From NCBI GenBank assembly GCA_964625715.1, contig CAZVEF010000019.1, positions 1-27,517 of the forward strand: a stretch of DNA of 27,517 nt. The letters run 5' to 3'. Positions 7,756-16,731 of this stretch are shown one piece after another. The DNA is from an uncultured Spirochaetaceae bacterium. Lineage in GTDB: Bacteria; Spirochaetota; Spirochaetia; DSM-27196; SLST01. The notes beneath the pieces were generated by a model that worked only from the letters and a program-made list of their open reading frames with translations, searched no databases and was not told the origin of the DNA. The translations under genes and the position numbers were made by a program. How positions within the stretch are numbered: position 1 is the stretch's first letter; each line of letters opens with the position of its first letter.

Positions 7756-8676
7756 TTATTGCGACTGCAGAAACAAGTCGATCTCCTCGCGCCGCGGCGC
7801 CGAGGGCTGGGCGCCCATCCGGCCGACGCTGATCGCCGCGCCGGCGGAGGCGAACCGGACCGATTCCTCGAGGCTCTTCCCTTCGGCGAGCGCCACCGCG
7901 AGGCAGCCGCAGTAGGTGTCTCCGGCCGCCGTCGTATCGACCGCCTCCACGGGAAACGCCTCGACGCGCGAGACCCCGTCTGCGTTCACCACGAGCGAAC
8001 CGGCCGGCCCGAGCGTCACGATCACGACCCGTGCCCCGGTATCACGCAGCGCGTGCGCAGCGCGCCGTGCCTCCGTCTCGTCTCCCACCGGCATCCCCGA
8101 CAGCGTCGCCGCCTCGGTTTCGTTCACGACGAGCGTGTGGACCGATGCGAGCCGCTCGCGTGGGAACTCGCGAGCAGGAGCGAAATTGAAGATGAGCGGT
8201 GTGCCTTCCTCGCTCGCGACCTCGAGCACCCGCTCGACGGTGGGACGGGCAATCTCGTACTGTATGAGCACCCAGTCGCTGTCGGCGATGAGCTCGCGGT
8301 TCTCGTCGATGCGCTCGGGCGTCAGCCGGTAGTTGGCACCGGGCGCGACGCTGAGGTAGTTGTTGCCGCCCTCGCCGACCATGATGAGCGCGGCGCCGCT
8401 CGATACGCCGGTCTCCCGGTAGAGACGGCTCGTGTCGATACCGTCGGCCTCGAAGCCGGCGACCATTTGCTCGGCGTACGGGTCGTCGCCCACGCAGTTG
8501 ACGAAGGCGACCGTTCCGCCTGCTCGCGCGGCGGCGACGGCCTGGTTGGCGCCCTTGCCGCCGAAGACCTGCACGAACTCGGCGTCGGGTACGCTCTCTC
8601 CGACGGCGGGCAGATGGTCCATCTTCATCGCGAAGTCGATGTTCGAGCTGCCGATCACGGTGATGCGGTTGGCCAT
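7756..8676 (-). CDS. rbsK: ribokinase
   Basis: PfkB/ribokinase motifs GGKGANQA and DTTAAGDTYCG, with full-length RbsK-like architecture. AGGAGG lies upstream of the ATG. The stop lies 3 nt from the convergent rpiA stop. Confidence 0.9.
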   Translation of the reverse strand: MANRITVIGSSNIDFAMKMDHLPAVGESVPDAEFVQVFGGKGANQAVAAARAGGTVAFVNCVGDDPYAEQMVAGFEADGIDTSRLYRETGVSSGAALIMVGEGGNNYLSVAPGANYRLTPERIDENRELIADSDWVLIQYEIARPTVERVLEVASEEGTPLIFNFAPAREFPRERLASVHTLVVNETEAATLSGMPVGDETEARRAAHALRDTGARVVIVTLGPAGSLVVNADGVSRVEAFPVEAVDTTAAGDTYCGCLAVALAEGKSLEESVRFASAGAAISVGRMGAQPSAPRREEIDLFLQSQ

Positions 8677-8778
8677 CGGTCCTCCTGAACCGGTAGGCTA
8701 CCACCGCTTTCGCAGATGCGCAACGAACCGCGAGGCGCCGACGCCCCGCTCGCAACGGCCGGCGCGGCGAGCCGGGCG

Positions 8779-9732
8779 CTACTGCACCAGCCGGTCGAGC
8801 ACGCGGTCGTTCCTGCTCCAGTTGGGGTCGACCTTCACGCGGAGGTCGAGATGGATGCGATAGGGAAAGAGCGAGGCGATCTCCTTCTGGGCGGCCTGCC
8901 TGATCCGCTTGATGCCTGAGCCCTTGCGCCCCACGATCATGCCCTGCTGGCTCGAGCGCTCGACGAAGATCACCGCGCGGATCCAGAGCTGCTTTTCGCC
9001 CGATTCGAGGTCGTGGATCTCCATGTCGAGCACGTCGACGTAGATCGAGTGCGGAAGCTCCTCTCTCAGGCCCGCCATCGCGTGCTGGCGGATGACTTCC
9101 GAGATCCGGAAGTCCGGCGGCTGGTCGGTGTAGAAATCGTCGGGGTAGGCGGGCTCGCCCGCCGGTGCGTGCTCGTAGAGCGCGTCGAGCAGCGCGTCGA
9201 GTCCGTCGCCGGTCTTCGCCGAGACTTCGACGACGGGAATGTCGGGGAGGCGCCGGGAGAGCAGCAGACGGACCGCTTCGAGGCGATCCGCGCGAGCGAC
9301 ATCGGTCTTGTTGACCGCGACCACCCGCGGCAGCTCGGCGTGTCCGGCGACCGAACGCATCAGCTCGAGCTCCTCCTCGCCGGGCTGTCGCGCTGCGTCG
9401 ACCACGTAGAGAATCTCCTCGGCGTCGCGGATCGTCTCCTCGATGAGGCCGCGCATATGTCGATTGAAGGTGCGCGACGAGGTGTGGTAACCCGGCGTGT
9501 CGATGAACACGAGTTGCCCGCGCGCGCGGTTGACGATACCGCGGATCCGGTTGCGCGTGGTCTGGGGAACCGGCGCGACGATCGCGACCTTGTGCCCGCA
9601 GAGCGCGTTGAGGATGGTCGACTTGCCCGCCGAGGGCCGGCCTATGACGGCTACGAAGGCAGACTTCGCGGGGGCGGCAGACCTCTCGTCGGGCGTTTCG
9701 GGGCCGTCGGCCTTTGATACCGGTTCGCTCAT
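8779..9732 (-). CDS. era: GTPase Era
   Basis: G1 motif GRPSAGKST, G3 motif DTPG, G4 motif NKTD, and a C-terminal KH domain (VIFVERSSQQGMIVGRKGSGIKRI). Confidence 0.9.
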   Translation of the reverse strand: MSEPVSKADGPETPDERSAAPAKSAFVAVIGRPSAGKSTILNALCGHKVAIVAPVPQTTRNRIRGIVNRARGQLVFIDTPGYHTSSRTFNRHMRGLIEETIRDAEEILYVVDAARQPGEEELELMRSVAGHAELPRVVAVNKTDVARADRLEAVRLLLSRRLPDIPVVEVSAKTGDGLDALLDALYEHAPAGEPAYPDDFYTDQPPDFRISEVIRQHAMAGLREELPHSIYVDVLDMEIHDLESGEKQLWIRAVIFVERSSQQGMIVGRKGSGIKRIRQAAQKEIASLFPYRIHLDLRVKVDPNWSRNDRVLDRLVQ

Positions 9733-9780
9733 GCTAGTATATTAACGGTCATACATCGCATACGACCAGAAGGGGTCATC

Positions 9781-10419
9781 ATGAACGAGTTCATACTGAA
9801 CAGGGACGATCGGGCGCGCATTCGACTCGACGGCGACGAGGAGGAGGAGAACGGCGAGGAGCACAAGAACGGCGAGCAGCAACCGTTCATGGAGAAGATG
9901 CTCCGTACGCGAACCATCCTCTTGTCGGGCGAGGTCAACAAGCCGCTGGCCGAGCGCGTGGTGCGTCAGCTCGTCCTGCTCGAGGACGCCGGCGACGAAC
10001 CGATCAAGGTGTTCATCGACTCGCCGGGAGGCGACGTGGACGCCGGATACGCGATCCTCGACATGATGCGGTTCGTGAAGCCGGACGTGTACACGATCGG
10101 TATGGGACTCGTGGCGAGCGCCGGCGCGCTCATTCTGCTCGCATCGCCGAAGGATCACCGGTTCGGCCTTCCCAACAGCCACTACCTCATCCATCAGCCC
10201 TTGTCCGGCATGCGCGGCGTGGCGACCGACATAGAGATTCACGCGCGCGAGATCGAGCGCATGCGCGGGCGGGTCAACAGGTTGATATCCGAAGAGACCG
10301 GCCAGTCGTACGAGCAGGTCGAGAAGGATACCGACCGGGACTTCTGGATGAACTCCGACGAGGCGAAGGAGTACGGGCTGGTCTCCCGAATCGTCACGAA
10401 TCGCTCAGAGTTGGAGTAG
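9781..10419 (+). CDS. clpP: ClpP-family serine peptidase with non-canonical acidic N-terminal extension
   Basis: The core aligns to ClpP (FIDSPGGDVDAG, GMGLVASAGA with the catalytic Ser, IHQP His, ATDIEIHAREI Asp). The first 36 residues (MNEFILNRDDRARIRLDGDEEEENGEEHKNGEQQPF) replace the conserved hydrophobic axial-loop sequence. ATG at 9781 has SD GAAGGGG at a 6-nt spacing. Confidence 0.8.
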   Translation: MNEFILNRDDRARIRLDGDEEEENGEEHKNGEQQPFMEKMLRTRTILLSGEVNKPLAERVVRQLVLLEDAGDEPIKVFIDSPGGDVDAGYAILDMMRFVKPDVYTIGMGLVASAGALILLASPKDHRFGLPNSHYLIHQPLSGMRGVATDIEIHAREIERMRGRVNRLISEETGQSYEQVEKDTDRDFWMNSDEAKEYGLVSRIVTNRSELE

Positions 10420-11379
10420 ATGGTCGATCCGCAGAGTCAGGAATGCTTCAGCGGCTACTCGGACCTCGAGGTGCCTGCGCCCATGACGTTCTCGCAGGGG
10501 AAGGTGCGGGACGTGTTCTACCTCGACGACGAGCTGGTGATCTCGACCTCCGACAGGATATCGGCCTTCGACCGGATCCTCGGTGAGGTGCCGCTCAAGG
10601 GCGAGGTGCTGAACCGACTCAGCGTCTTCTGGTTCGAGAAGACCGAGGACATCGTCGCGAACCACTATCTCGCGACGGTCTCGCCGCGGGCGATGCTTGC
10701 GAAGAAGGCGCACGTAATCCCGGTGGAAGTCGTCGTGCGCGGCTATCTCACCGGCAGCGCCTGGCGCGACTACCGAGCCGGCCGTCCGGTTTCCGGGATC
10801 GAGCTCCCGCCGGGCATGCGGTTCAACGAGCGATTCGATACGCCGCTCATCACGCCGTCGACGAAGGAGGCAGACGGCCTGCACGATCGGCCGTGCAGCC
10901 GCGAGGAGGTCCTCGAGGCGGGGGTGGTGGACGAGACGGTCTGGAACATGATCGAGGAGAAGGCGCTCGCGCTCTACGAACGCGGCCGGGAGATCGTCGC
11001 CGCGCAGGGCCTCATTCTCGTCGACACGAAGTACGAGTTCGGCCTCGTCGACGACGAGCTCTACCTCGTCGACGAGCTGCACACGCCCGACTCGTCGCGC
11101 TTCTGGTATGCGGACACCTACACCGAGCTCTTCGAGTCCGGCGAGAAGCAACGCAAGCTCGACAAGGAGTATCTGCGCCAGTGGCTCATGGACCAGGGCT
11201 ACCAGGGCGACGGCCGGCCACCGAAGATTCCCGAGGAGGTGTTCTTCGAGGTCTCGCGCCGCTATCAGCAGGCGTTCGAGGCGATCACCGGCGCCGAGTT
11301 CAGGACCCAGTCCAGCGGTTTCGAAGCAGAAAAGCAAAAAGTACTGTCGTTCCTTGCGGAGCGACAGGATGACGCGTAG
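10420..11379 (+). CDS. purC: phosphoribosylaminoimidazole-succinocarboxamide synthase (SAICAR synthetase, long form)
   Basis: Full-length PurC-like sequence (GKVRDVFYLDDELVISTSDRISAFD..., LVDTKYEFG). The ATG directly abuts the clpP stop (TAGATG). Confidence 0.9.
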   Translation: MVDPQSQECFSGYSDLEVPAPMTFSQGKVRDVFYLDDELVISTSDRISAFDRILGEVPLKGEVLNRLSVFWFEKTEDIVANHYLATVSPRAMLAKKAHVIPVEVVVRGYLTGSAWRDYRAGRPVSGIELPPGMRFNERFDTPLITPSTKEADGLHDRPCSREEVLEAGVVDETVWNMIEEKALALYERGREIVAAQGLILVDTKYEFGLVDDELYLVDELHTPDSSRFWYADTYTELFESGEKQRKLDKEYLRQWLMDQGYQGDGRPPKIPEEVFFEVSRRYQQAFEAITGAEFRTQSSGFEAEKQKVLSFLAERQDDA

Positions 11380-12658
11380 ACACCTCTCCCTCACGGCGGC
11401 GGCGGTTACAGCTCTGGCTGCGGTGGCCGTGACCGCCGCACTGGCCGTCCGGTGGGGCGGCCTTCCCCTCGGCCTTGAACACGACCGACGCGTGTTCGCC
11501 CGCGTCATCGCCTACAACGTTCAGAATCTCTTCGACGGTACCGACCACGGGCTCGAGTACGCGGAGTTCCGGGAGAGCTCGGGCTGGGACCGCGGCGACT
11601 ACTACGATCGGCTCGAGCGGACGAGCGAGGCGATCCGACGGACCGCCGGCGGGCGGCTTCCGGACATCGTCGTGCTCAGCGAGGTCGAATCGGCGTGGGT
11701 CGCAGCCGATCTGGCGCGCGACTTGCTGCGCCCCTACCGATGGGTGAGCGGCGCGCCGGAGCCGTGGCGCGCGGCGAGGCGGGAGCGCACGAGCGACATA
11801 CGCGACGAGGCTTCCTCGGCTCCCGGCGCTGCTCGACCCGGCATCCGCGGCGGCGGCGCGGTTCTCGACGCGACGGCCTACCCGCCGTCTCCGACGCGCG
11901 TCGTTGCTCTCTCGCGCCGTCGCCCGGAGGTGCGCACTCACCGCGCCGTACAGGTCGATCTCGTGCCGGGCGCGGGCGCACGCGTCCGCTGGCGGGGCCG
12001 GGAGGCGCTGGAGCTACGGTTCGCCTCTCGCGGGCTGCGGCTGATCGCCGCGCACTGGAAGTCGCAGTCCGGCGGTGAGCGGGCGACCGAACCGCTGCGG
12101 ATCCTCGAGGCGTCGCTCGTTCACGATCTGCTCGCGGTCACCGCGGACGCCGAGGCCGACTACCCCGCGACGCTCCTGGTGGGCGACCTGAACGAGGGTC
12201 TCGACGAAGAGAAGCAGCACGGCGGCGCGTGGCCGACCGCGCTCGCGCCGTGGCGGGCGAGCGAAGCCGTCCCGGCCGGTGCGGAGGTGCAGGGCGCAGA
12301 CACCTCCGGATCCTCTCCCGCCGCCGAATCCGGCCCTGCAGCGAGGATCTGGTTCGTGGAAGCCGACACGCCGGGGGCGGTCGGTGCGACGCGAGCCGCG
12401 CCGCCCGGGCCGGTCTTCCGGACGCTCTGGGACCGATCGAGCTTCCCCGGCACCTACTGGTATCGCGGCGAGTGGGAACGGCTCGATCACGCCTTCCTGC
12501 TCGCGCCCGACGAGTACGACGGGCGAATCGAGGTCGGTTCGTGGGGCGCGCTCCTCAACCCCGACGGGACCCCCGCGCGCTACGATTCGAGGCGGGGCCG
12601 CGGATACTCCGACCACCTGCCCATCCTCGTGACGCTTACCAGACGCCCAGCTCCTTGA
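11369..12658 (+). CDS. endonuclease/exonuclease/phosphatase (EEP, DNase I-like fold) family protein with N-terminal membrane anchor or signal
   Basis: EEP motifs AYNVQNLFD, IVVLSEVE, GDLNE and SDHLPILVTL. N-terminal hydrophobic helix (LSLTAAAVTALAAVAVTAALAV). I place the start at MTRRHLSL (ATG 11369), which overlaps the purC stop by 11 nt. Earlier in-frame Ms lie inside purC. Confidence 0.75.
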   Translation: MTRRHLSLTAAAVTALAAVAVTAALAVRWGGLPLGLEHDRRVFARVIAYNVQNLFDGTDHGLEYAEFRESSGWDRGDYYDRLERTSEAIRRTAGGRLPDIVVLSEVESAWVAADLARDLLRPYRWVSGAPEPWRAARRERTSDIRDEASSAPGAARPGIRGGGAVLDATAYPPSPTRVVALSRRRPEVRTHRAVQVDLVPGAGARVRWRGREALELRFASRGLRLIAAHWKSQSGGERATEPLRILEASLVHDLLAVTADAEADYPATLLVGDLNEGLDEEKQHGGAWPTALAPWRASEAVPAGAEVQGADTSGSSPAAESGPAARIWFVEADTPGAVGATRAAPPGPVFRTLWDRSSFPGTYWYRGEWERLDHAFLLAPDEYDGRIEVGSWGALLNPDGTPARYDSRRGRGYSDHLPILVTLTRRPAP

Positions 12659-13364
12659 GCTGTCGCGTCACCGTCCCGGTCCAGTCACGGTTGGCCGCCG
12701 GGCTCGCAGGACTGGGGTGCAGGATCGAGCCGATGCGCGGCGGCGGCTCCAGCGGGCCACAGGCGACCTTCGCGCGCTGCTCGGCGAACTTGCCCACGCC
12801 CACGAGGTACTCGGCGTCCAGGGTCTCCACGAGCGCGCGCAGGAAGCCGTCGCACGCGCGGAACAGCGGCGAGCGCTCGTCGGCGGGAAGTTTATCGGGC
12901 GTGATGTTGCGTCCCGAATCGGCCATGAATACGAGCGGGCAGTAGTTTGCGACGAAGTGGTCGGCGAAGAAGCGGTCGGCCGACTCGAAACGCTCGGCCA
13001 TCAGTCCCCACAGCCGCCGCCCGCTGACCTCGCTGCGATCGCAGTCGAAGCCTTCGATCGGGCGCTTCGGGTGCTCGTTCTGCGGCTGCTCCACGCTGCC
13101 GGACAGACCCATCCAGTCGCGGACCGCCGCGATCTCGCCGAAGGGTACGCCGGTCTGCGCCATGCCCCACGGACCCGGGTTCATCCCCAGGAGAATGACG
13201 CGCTTCTTCCCCTCGGCGAAGCGCTCGAGGTAGCGGTGCCACACGTCGTGAGCGTAGCGAAGCGGGTTGTAGACGGTGGCGACCGGCGGTGCGAAATCGA
13301 GCCGTCGGAGGCGTTCGAGCAGCGTGTCGACGGCGTCATCGATGCGATCGGTATTACTGTTCAC
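12636..13364 (-). CDS. SMUG1-family uracil-DNA glycosylase (UDG family 3)
   Basis: GMNPGPWGMAQTGVPFG matches the SMUG1 active-site motif GMNPGPFGMAQTGVPFG. A C-terminal HPSP motif is present. The ATG overlaps the polB stop (ATGA). The 3' end overlaps the convergent EEP gene by 23 nt. Confidence 0.8.
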   Translation of the reverse strand: MNSNTDRIDDAVDTLLERLRRLDFAPPVATVYNPLRYAHDVWHRYLERFAEGKKRVILLGMNPGPWGMAQTGVPFGEIAAVRDWMGLSGSVEQPQNEHPKRPIEGFDCDRSEVSGRRLWGLMAERFESADRFFADHFVANYCPLVFMADSGRNITPDKLPADERSPLFRACDGFLRALVETLDAEYLVGVGKFAEQRAKVACGPLEPPPRIGSILHPSPASPAANRDWTGTVTRQLKELGVW

Positions 13365-15865
13365 GAAGACTCCCCGAAGAGCGAGAGTTGCTGCGACGGG
13401 TCGAAGAGCTCCTCGCTCTCGATGCCCAGGATCTCGCAGAACGGCTCGGCGATGGGACGCAGCTGGCGCTGCAGATAGTGCTCGTGGTCGATGGCCGCGC
13501 TGCGGCGCGACGGCGGCTGCGGCCCTTCGACCGTGATGAGATAGTCGATCATGCCCTCGCGCTCCTGCGCCGGAAGCATCGCCGCGGCCTGGACGTGCGG
13601 AGGCTTCGAGGCGGTATAGGCGGAGACCGACTTGCGCAGGCGGCGGGTGTACACGAGCTTCTCGTCAAGCGCGCCGTCACGGAGGCGATCGATCGTCGAA
13701 CGGACGTGGGCGGCGATCGCCTTCGCGTCGGCGTCGGCGAAGAGCATCGCGAGCAGCTCACGCTGGAGCTCCGCGGCGGCGACGGTCCAGTCGCTGCGGA
13801 TCGCCTCCATCCCCTTGATCTGCACCTCGTCATCGGCTCCGTCGCGCCGTACGGCGAGGCCGGCGTAGCCTTTCGCCCTGCCGCGGATCTCGTCGCTGCC
13901 CGATGCGCCGGCGGTGTGGCGGATGCGCGGAAGATAGAACCGGCGGTACAGCGTCTCAAACTCGAGCTCGAGACGCGACTCGACGTGCCACCCTGCGCGG
14001 ACGAACTCGTCGAGCCTGCCGTTGAGCCAGCAGGCGAGCTCGCCGCCTGCCGCGAAGAGCTCGCCCACCGCCGCCTCCTGCGGGCCGAGCACGAACAGCG
14101 AGTCGGTGTCGCCGTAGAGCACGCGAAGCCCGCGCTCGGTGAATCGGTCTCGAGCCCAGTGCAGGATGTACTGCCCGAAGGCGGTGATCGCGCCGGCGAG
14201 CGCAGCGCCGGCGAATCGGCACCCCGGAGAGCCGAGCACGCCGTAGAACGAGTTCATGATGATCTTGTAGACGTAGCTCGCGACCTCGTCCCCGCGGCGT
14301 TTGGCCTCGTCCCGGTTCTCCCAGAAGCGGTCGAGCAGGTGCGGGAGTATCGATTCCGCGCGCGAGAATCTCGCGCCGTTGGGTGCGGTGATCGACCGCG
14401 GATCGCCGGACGGTGGGTCGGCGCCCTGCGGGTAGCCATCCTCGGTGTCGATGTAGCCCACCGGATCGATGCCGAAGGTGCGGATGATCGACGGGTAGAG
14501 GCTCTTGAAGTCGAAGACGAGTACGTTTGCGAACAGCCCCGGTTGGGGCTTGATGATCGCACCGCCGGGCGCCTCGCCCTGCGGCAGCCGGTCGACCCCG
14601 AGCGACGGCGCGACGAGGCCGCGGTCGTGCATCCACTCGAGGTAGAGGAACTCGAATGCGGGGATGCTCGTCCACGCCCGGTTGAGCCCGACGCCGATGA
14701 GCCTGCACCGCTTGAGCGTGAGCTCGAGCAGGCCGGTCGCGTCGAGGATGCGCAGGACCAGCTCGGCGTCGGTGCGGCAATAGTCGCAGAACGCGATCGG
14801 GTCGTCGCGATAGAGCGCGAGCAGCGTGGCGATCTTCTCCGCGCTCGTCTCCGCTTCCACGGTCTTCGTCTCGCCGAGTACCGCCTGCGCGACGCTGCCG
14901 AGCTTGCGGTCCTCATAGCGCTGCGGCCCGTAGCGTACGAGGCGCAGCGCATCGATCACCTGGCGCCCCGGGCAGCTTACCGCCGCGTTCTGCCGCCGTC
15001 CACCATCATCCTGCGTCGCCGGGAGGAACTGCGCCGCCTCGTTCGACCGTGCGATGGCGAATCGGATGCCGTGGTGCGCGAGCCGGCGCGAGACGACGGC
15101 GAAGTCGAAGTCGATCACGTTCCACCCGGTAATGAGATCCGGGTCGATCTCCGCGATCCGCCGCACGACCTCGGCGAGGACCTCGGCCTCGCTGCGGTGC
15201 GCGACGATCCCCTCTCGGCCCGGGTCGCTGCCGTTGAAGTGCACCTCGTCGACCGGATCGGTCCACGGTCCGCGCGCGACGAGACCGACGGCGAGGATCT
15301 CCTCGCTGCGGGGATCGGTCTCTATGTCGAGCGAGAGCGTCGTGAGCGCCGGCTCCCACTCGGCCGGACCGATCTCCGGGTTGATGAAGACGAGATCCAC
15401 GTGGCGGCCGGCTGCCGGAGTGCCGGTAATCGTCACGCTCCCGTGTACGTGCCGATCGAGTAAGGGCGGGTCGGCGGCGTTGACGTCGGCCTCGTAGGTC
15501 CGCACGCCCGCGCGACGAAGCCCCGCGTCGGCGCTACGCGCCTCGCGGACCGACGCGAACGACACGCTGACAACCTCCTCGCCGTCGATCGTCGTCCGGT
15601 CGGTGGCGGAGACCTCGCATCCGGTCGTCGCGAGCCGTGCCCGGTCGGAGGCGCGGACGAAGAACGCCGGACGGTACGGTTCGAGCACCGCCGCGAAGGT
15701 CCGTCCGTCGTCGAGCCGTCCGAGGAGCGCGAGCCGTGAGGCGCTCCCACGAGCCCGGCGGTGGGGGCCCCCGTCGGGCTCGCCGCTGCCGCGACCCGTA
15801 TGCCCGGCTGCCTGCACGAAGGCGTGGACGATGAAGCCGGTGACGCGCTGCGTCTCGTCAGCCAT
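13361..15865 (-). CDS. polB: family B DNA polymerase (bacterial Pol II-like)
   Basis: Exo I motif LSLDIETD. Polymerase motif A DFKSLYPSII, motif B KIIMNSFYG, motif C YGDTDS. Length 834 aa, with a low-complexity Gly/Arg insert near the N-terminus. Confidence 0.9.
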   Translation of the reverse strand: MADETQRVTGFIVHAFVQAAGHTGRGSGEPDGGPHRRARGSASRLALLGRLDDGRTFAAVLEPYRPAFFVRASDRARLATTGCEVSATDRTTIDGEEVVSVSFASVREARSADAGLRRAGVRTYEADVNAADPPLLDRHVHGSVTITGTPAAGRHVDLVFINPEIGPAEWEPALTTLSLDIETDPRSEEILAVGLVARGPWTDPVDEVHFNGSDPGREGIVAHRSEAEVLAEVVRRIAEIDPDLITGWNVIDFDFAVVSRRLAHHGIRFAIARSNEAAQFLPATQDDGGRRQNAAVSCPGRQVIDALRLVRYGPQRYEDRKLGSVAQAVLGETKTVEAETSAEKIATLLALYRDDPIAFCDYCRTDAELVLRILDATGLLELTLKRCRLIGVGLNRAWTSIPAFEFLYLEWMHDRGLVAPSLGVDRLPQGEAPGGAIIKPQPGLFANVLVFDFKSLYPSIIRTFGIDPVGYIDTEDGYPQGADPPSGDPRSITAPNGARFSRAESILPHLLDRFWENRDEAKRRGDEVASYVYKIIMNSFYGVLGSPGCRFAGAALAGAITAFGQYILHWARDRFTERGLRVLYGDTDSLFVLGPQEAAVGELFAAGGELACWLNGRLDEFVRAGWHVESRLELEFETLYRRFYLPRIRHTAGASGSDEIRGRAKGYAGLAVRRDGADDEVQIKGMEAIRSDWTVAAAELQRELLAMLFADADAKAIAAHVRSTIDRLRDGALDEKLVYTRRLRKSVSAYTASKPPHVQAAAMLPAQEREGMIDYLITVEGPQPPSRRSAAIDHEHYLQRQLRPIAEPFCEILGIESEELFDPSQQLSLFGESS

Positions 15866-16712
15866 CGGGGCGGTCCTCGTCGAGCCGGTCGACGCGGCTG
15901 GCCACGCGCTCGAGCTTGCCGCCGGCGTCGTCGAAAGCGCGCGAGAGGTTGCGCAGATGACCGCCGGCGAGCTCGAAGCTGCGCGAGAACGCGTCGAGGT
16001 CGGTGCGCAGCGCCGCGAGCGAGTCGAGCAGCCGCTGCGTCCGCTGCGGGATAGCGAGCCCGCGCAGCCCGTACGCGACGGTCTGCAGGTAGAGGAAGAG
16101 CGTCGCCGGGCTCACCGGGACGACGTTGCGCTCGAGCGCCTGCCGCATGAGCGCATCGGCCCCGGAGGCGAAGAGCTCGACATAGACCCGCTCGGAGGGG
16201 ATGTACATGAGCGCGAAGCTCATGGTGCCGTCGGTCGGGCGGATGTAGCGCTCGGCGATGTCGGCGATGTGCTTCGCGAACGCCCTGCGGACGTCGGCCG
16301 GGATGCGCTGAGCCTCAGCGCCGCCGGGGGCCGAAGCAGCGTCACCCGGCGCGCGCCGCATCGCCTCGAGCGGAAACTTGCTGTCCACCGGTACGAGTTT
16401 CGCGCCGAGCCTGACGACAGCGTCGACCCGGGCGCCGTTGGCAAAGCGGTACTGCAGCTCGTACGCGCCTTCCGGCAGCCACGAGGCGAGCAGCTCGCCG
16501 AGCAGCGTCTCGCCGACCGCGCCCCGTCGCTGGGGGACGAGAAAGAGGTCGGTGAGGTCGCGCAGCTCGCCGCGCACGCTATCGATCTGCTGGAGGATCG
16601 CGGGCACTTCCGGCGGGTGCCCGCGCCGGCGCGACGCCACGACGATGGCCACGATCGCGACCACGACGGCGACGAGCGCGAGCACGATCGAGGCGAAGAC
16701 GACCGGAGTCAT
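15858..16712 (-). CDS. rmuC: short RmuC-domain protein (DNA recombination protein RmuC family) with N-terminal TM helix
   Basis: RmuC C-terminal block: GAVGETLLGELLASWLPEGAYELQYRFANGARVDAVVRLGAKLVPVDSKFPLEA. N-terminal TM helix (VVFASIVLALVAVVVAIVAIVVA). It lacks the long coiled-coil of E. coli RmuC. ATG at 16712 chosen, but no SD is visible so the start is uncertain. The 3' end overlaps the polB start by 8 nt. Confidence 0.65.
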   Translation of the reverse strand: MTPVVFASIVLALVAVVVAIVAIVVASRRRGHPPEVPAILQQIDSVRGELRDLTDLFLVPQRRGAVGETLLGELLASWLPEGAYELQYRFANGARVDAVVRLGAKLVPVDSKFPLEAMRRAPGDAASAPGGAEAQRIPADVRRAFAKHIADIAERYIRPTDGTMSFALMYIPSERVYVELFASGADALMRQALERNVVPVSPATLFLYLQTVAYGLRGLAIPQRTQRLLDSLAALRTDLDAFSRSFELAGGHLRNLSRAFDDAGGKLERVASRVDRLDEDRPDG

Positions 16713-16731
16713 GCGAGGAGGGTAGTATCGG

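Noticed and set aside
8745-8778. Possible intrinsic terminator after era (GCTCGC...GCGAGC inverted repeat)
   Set aside because: The stem is only 6 bp with a 14-nt loop and no T-tract on the relevant strand. It was not convincing.
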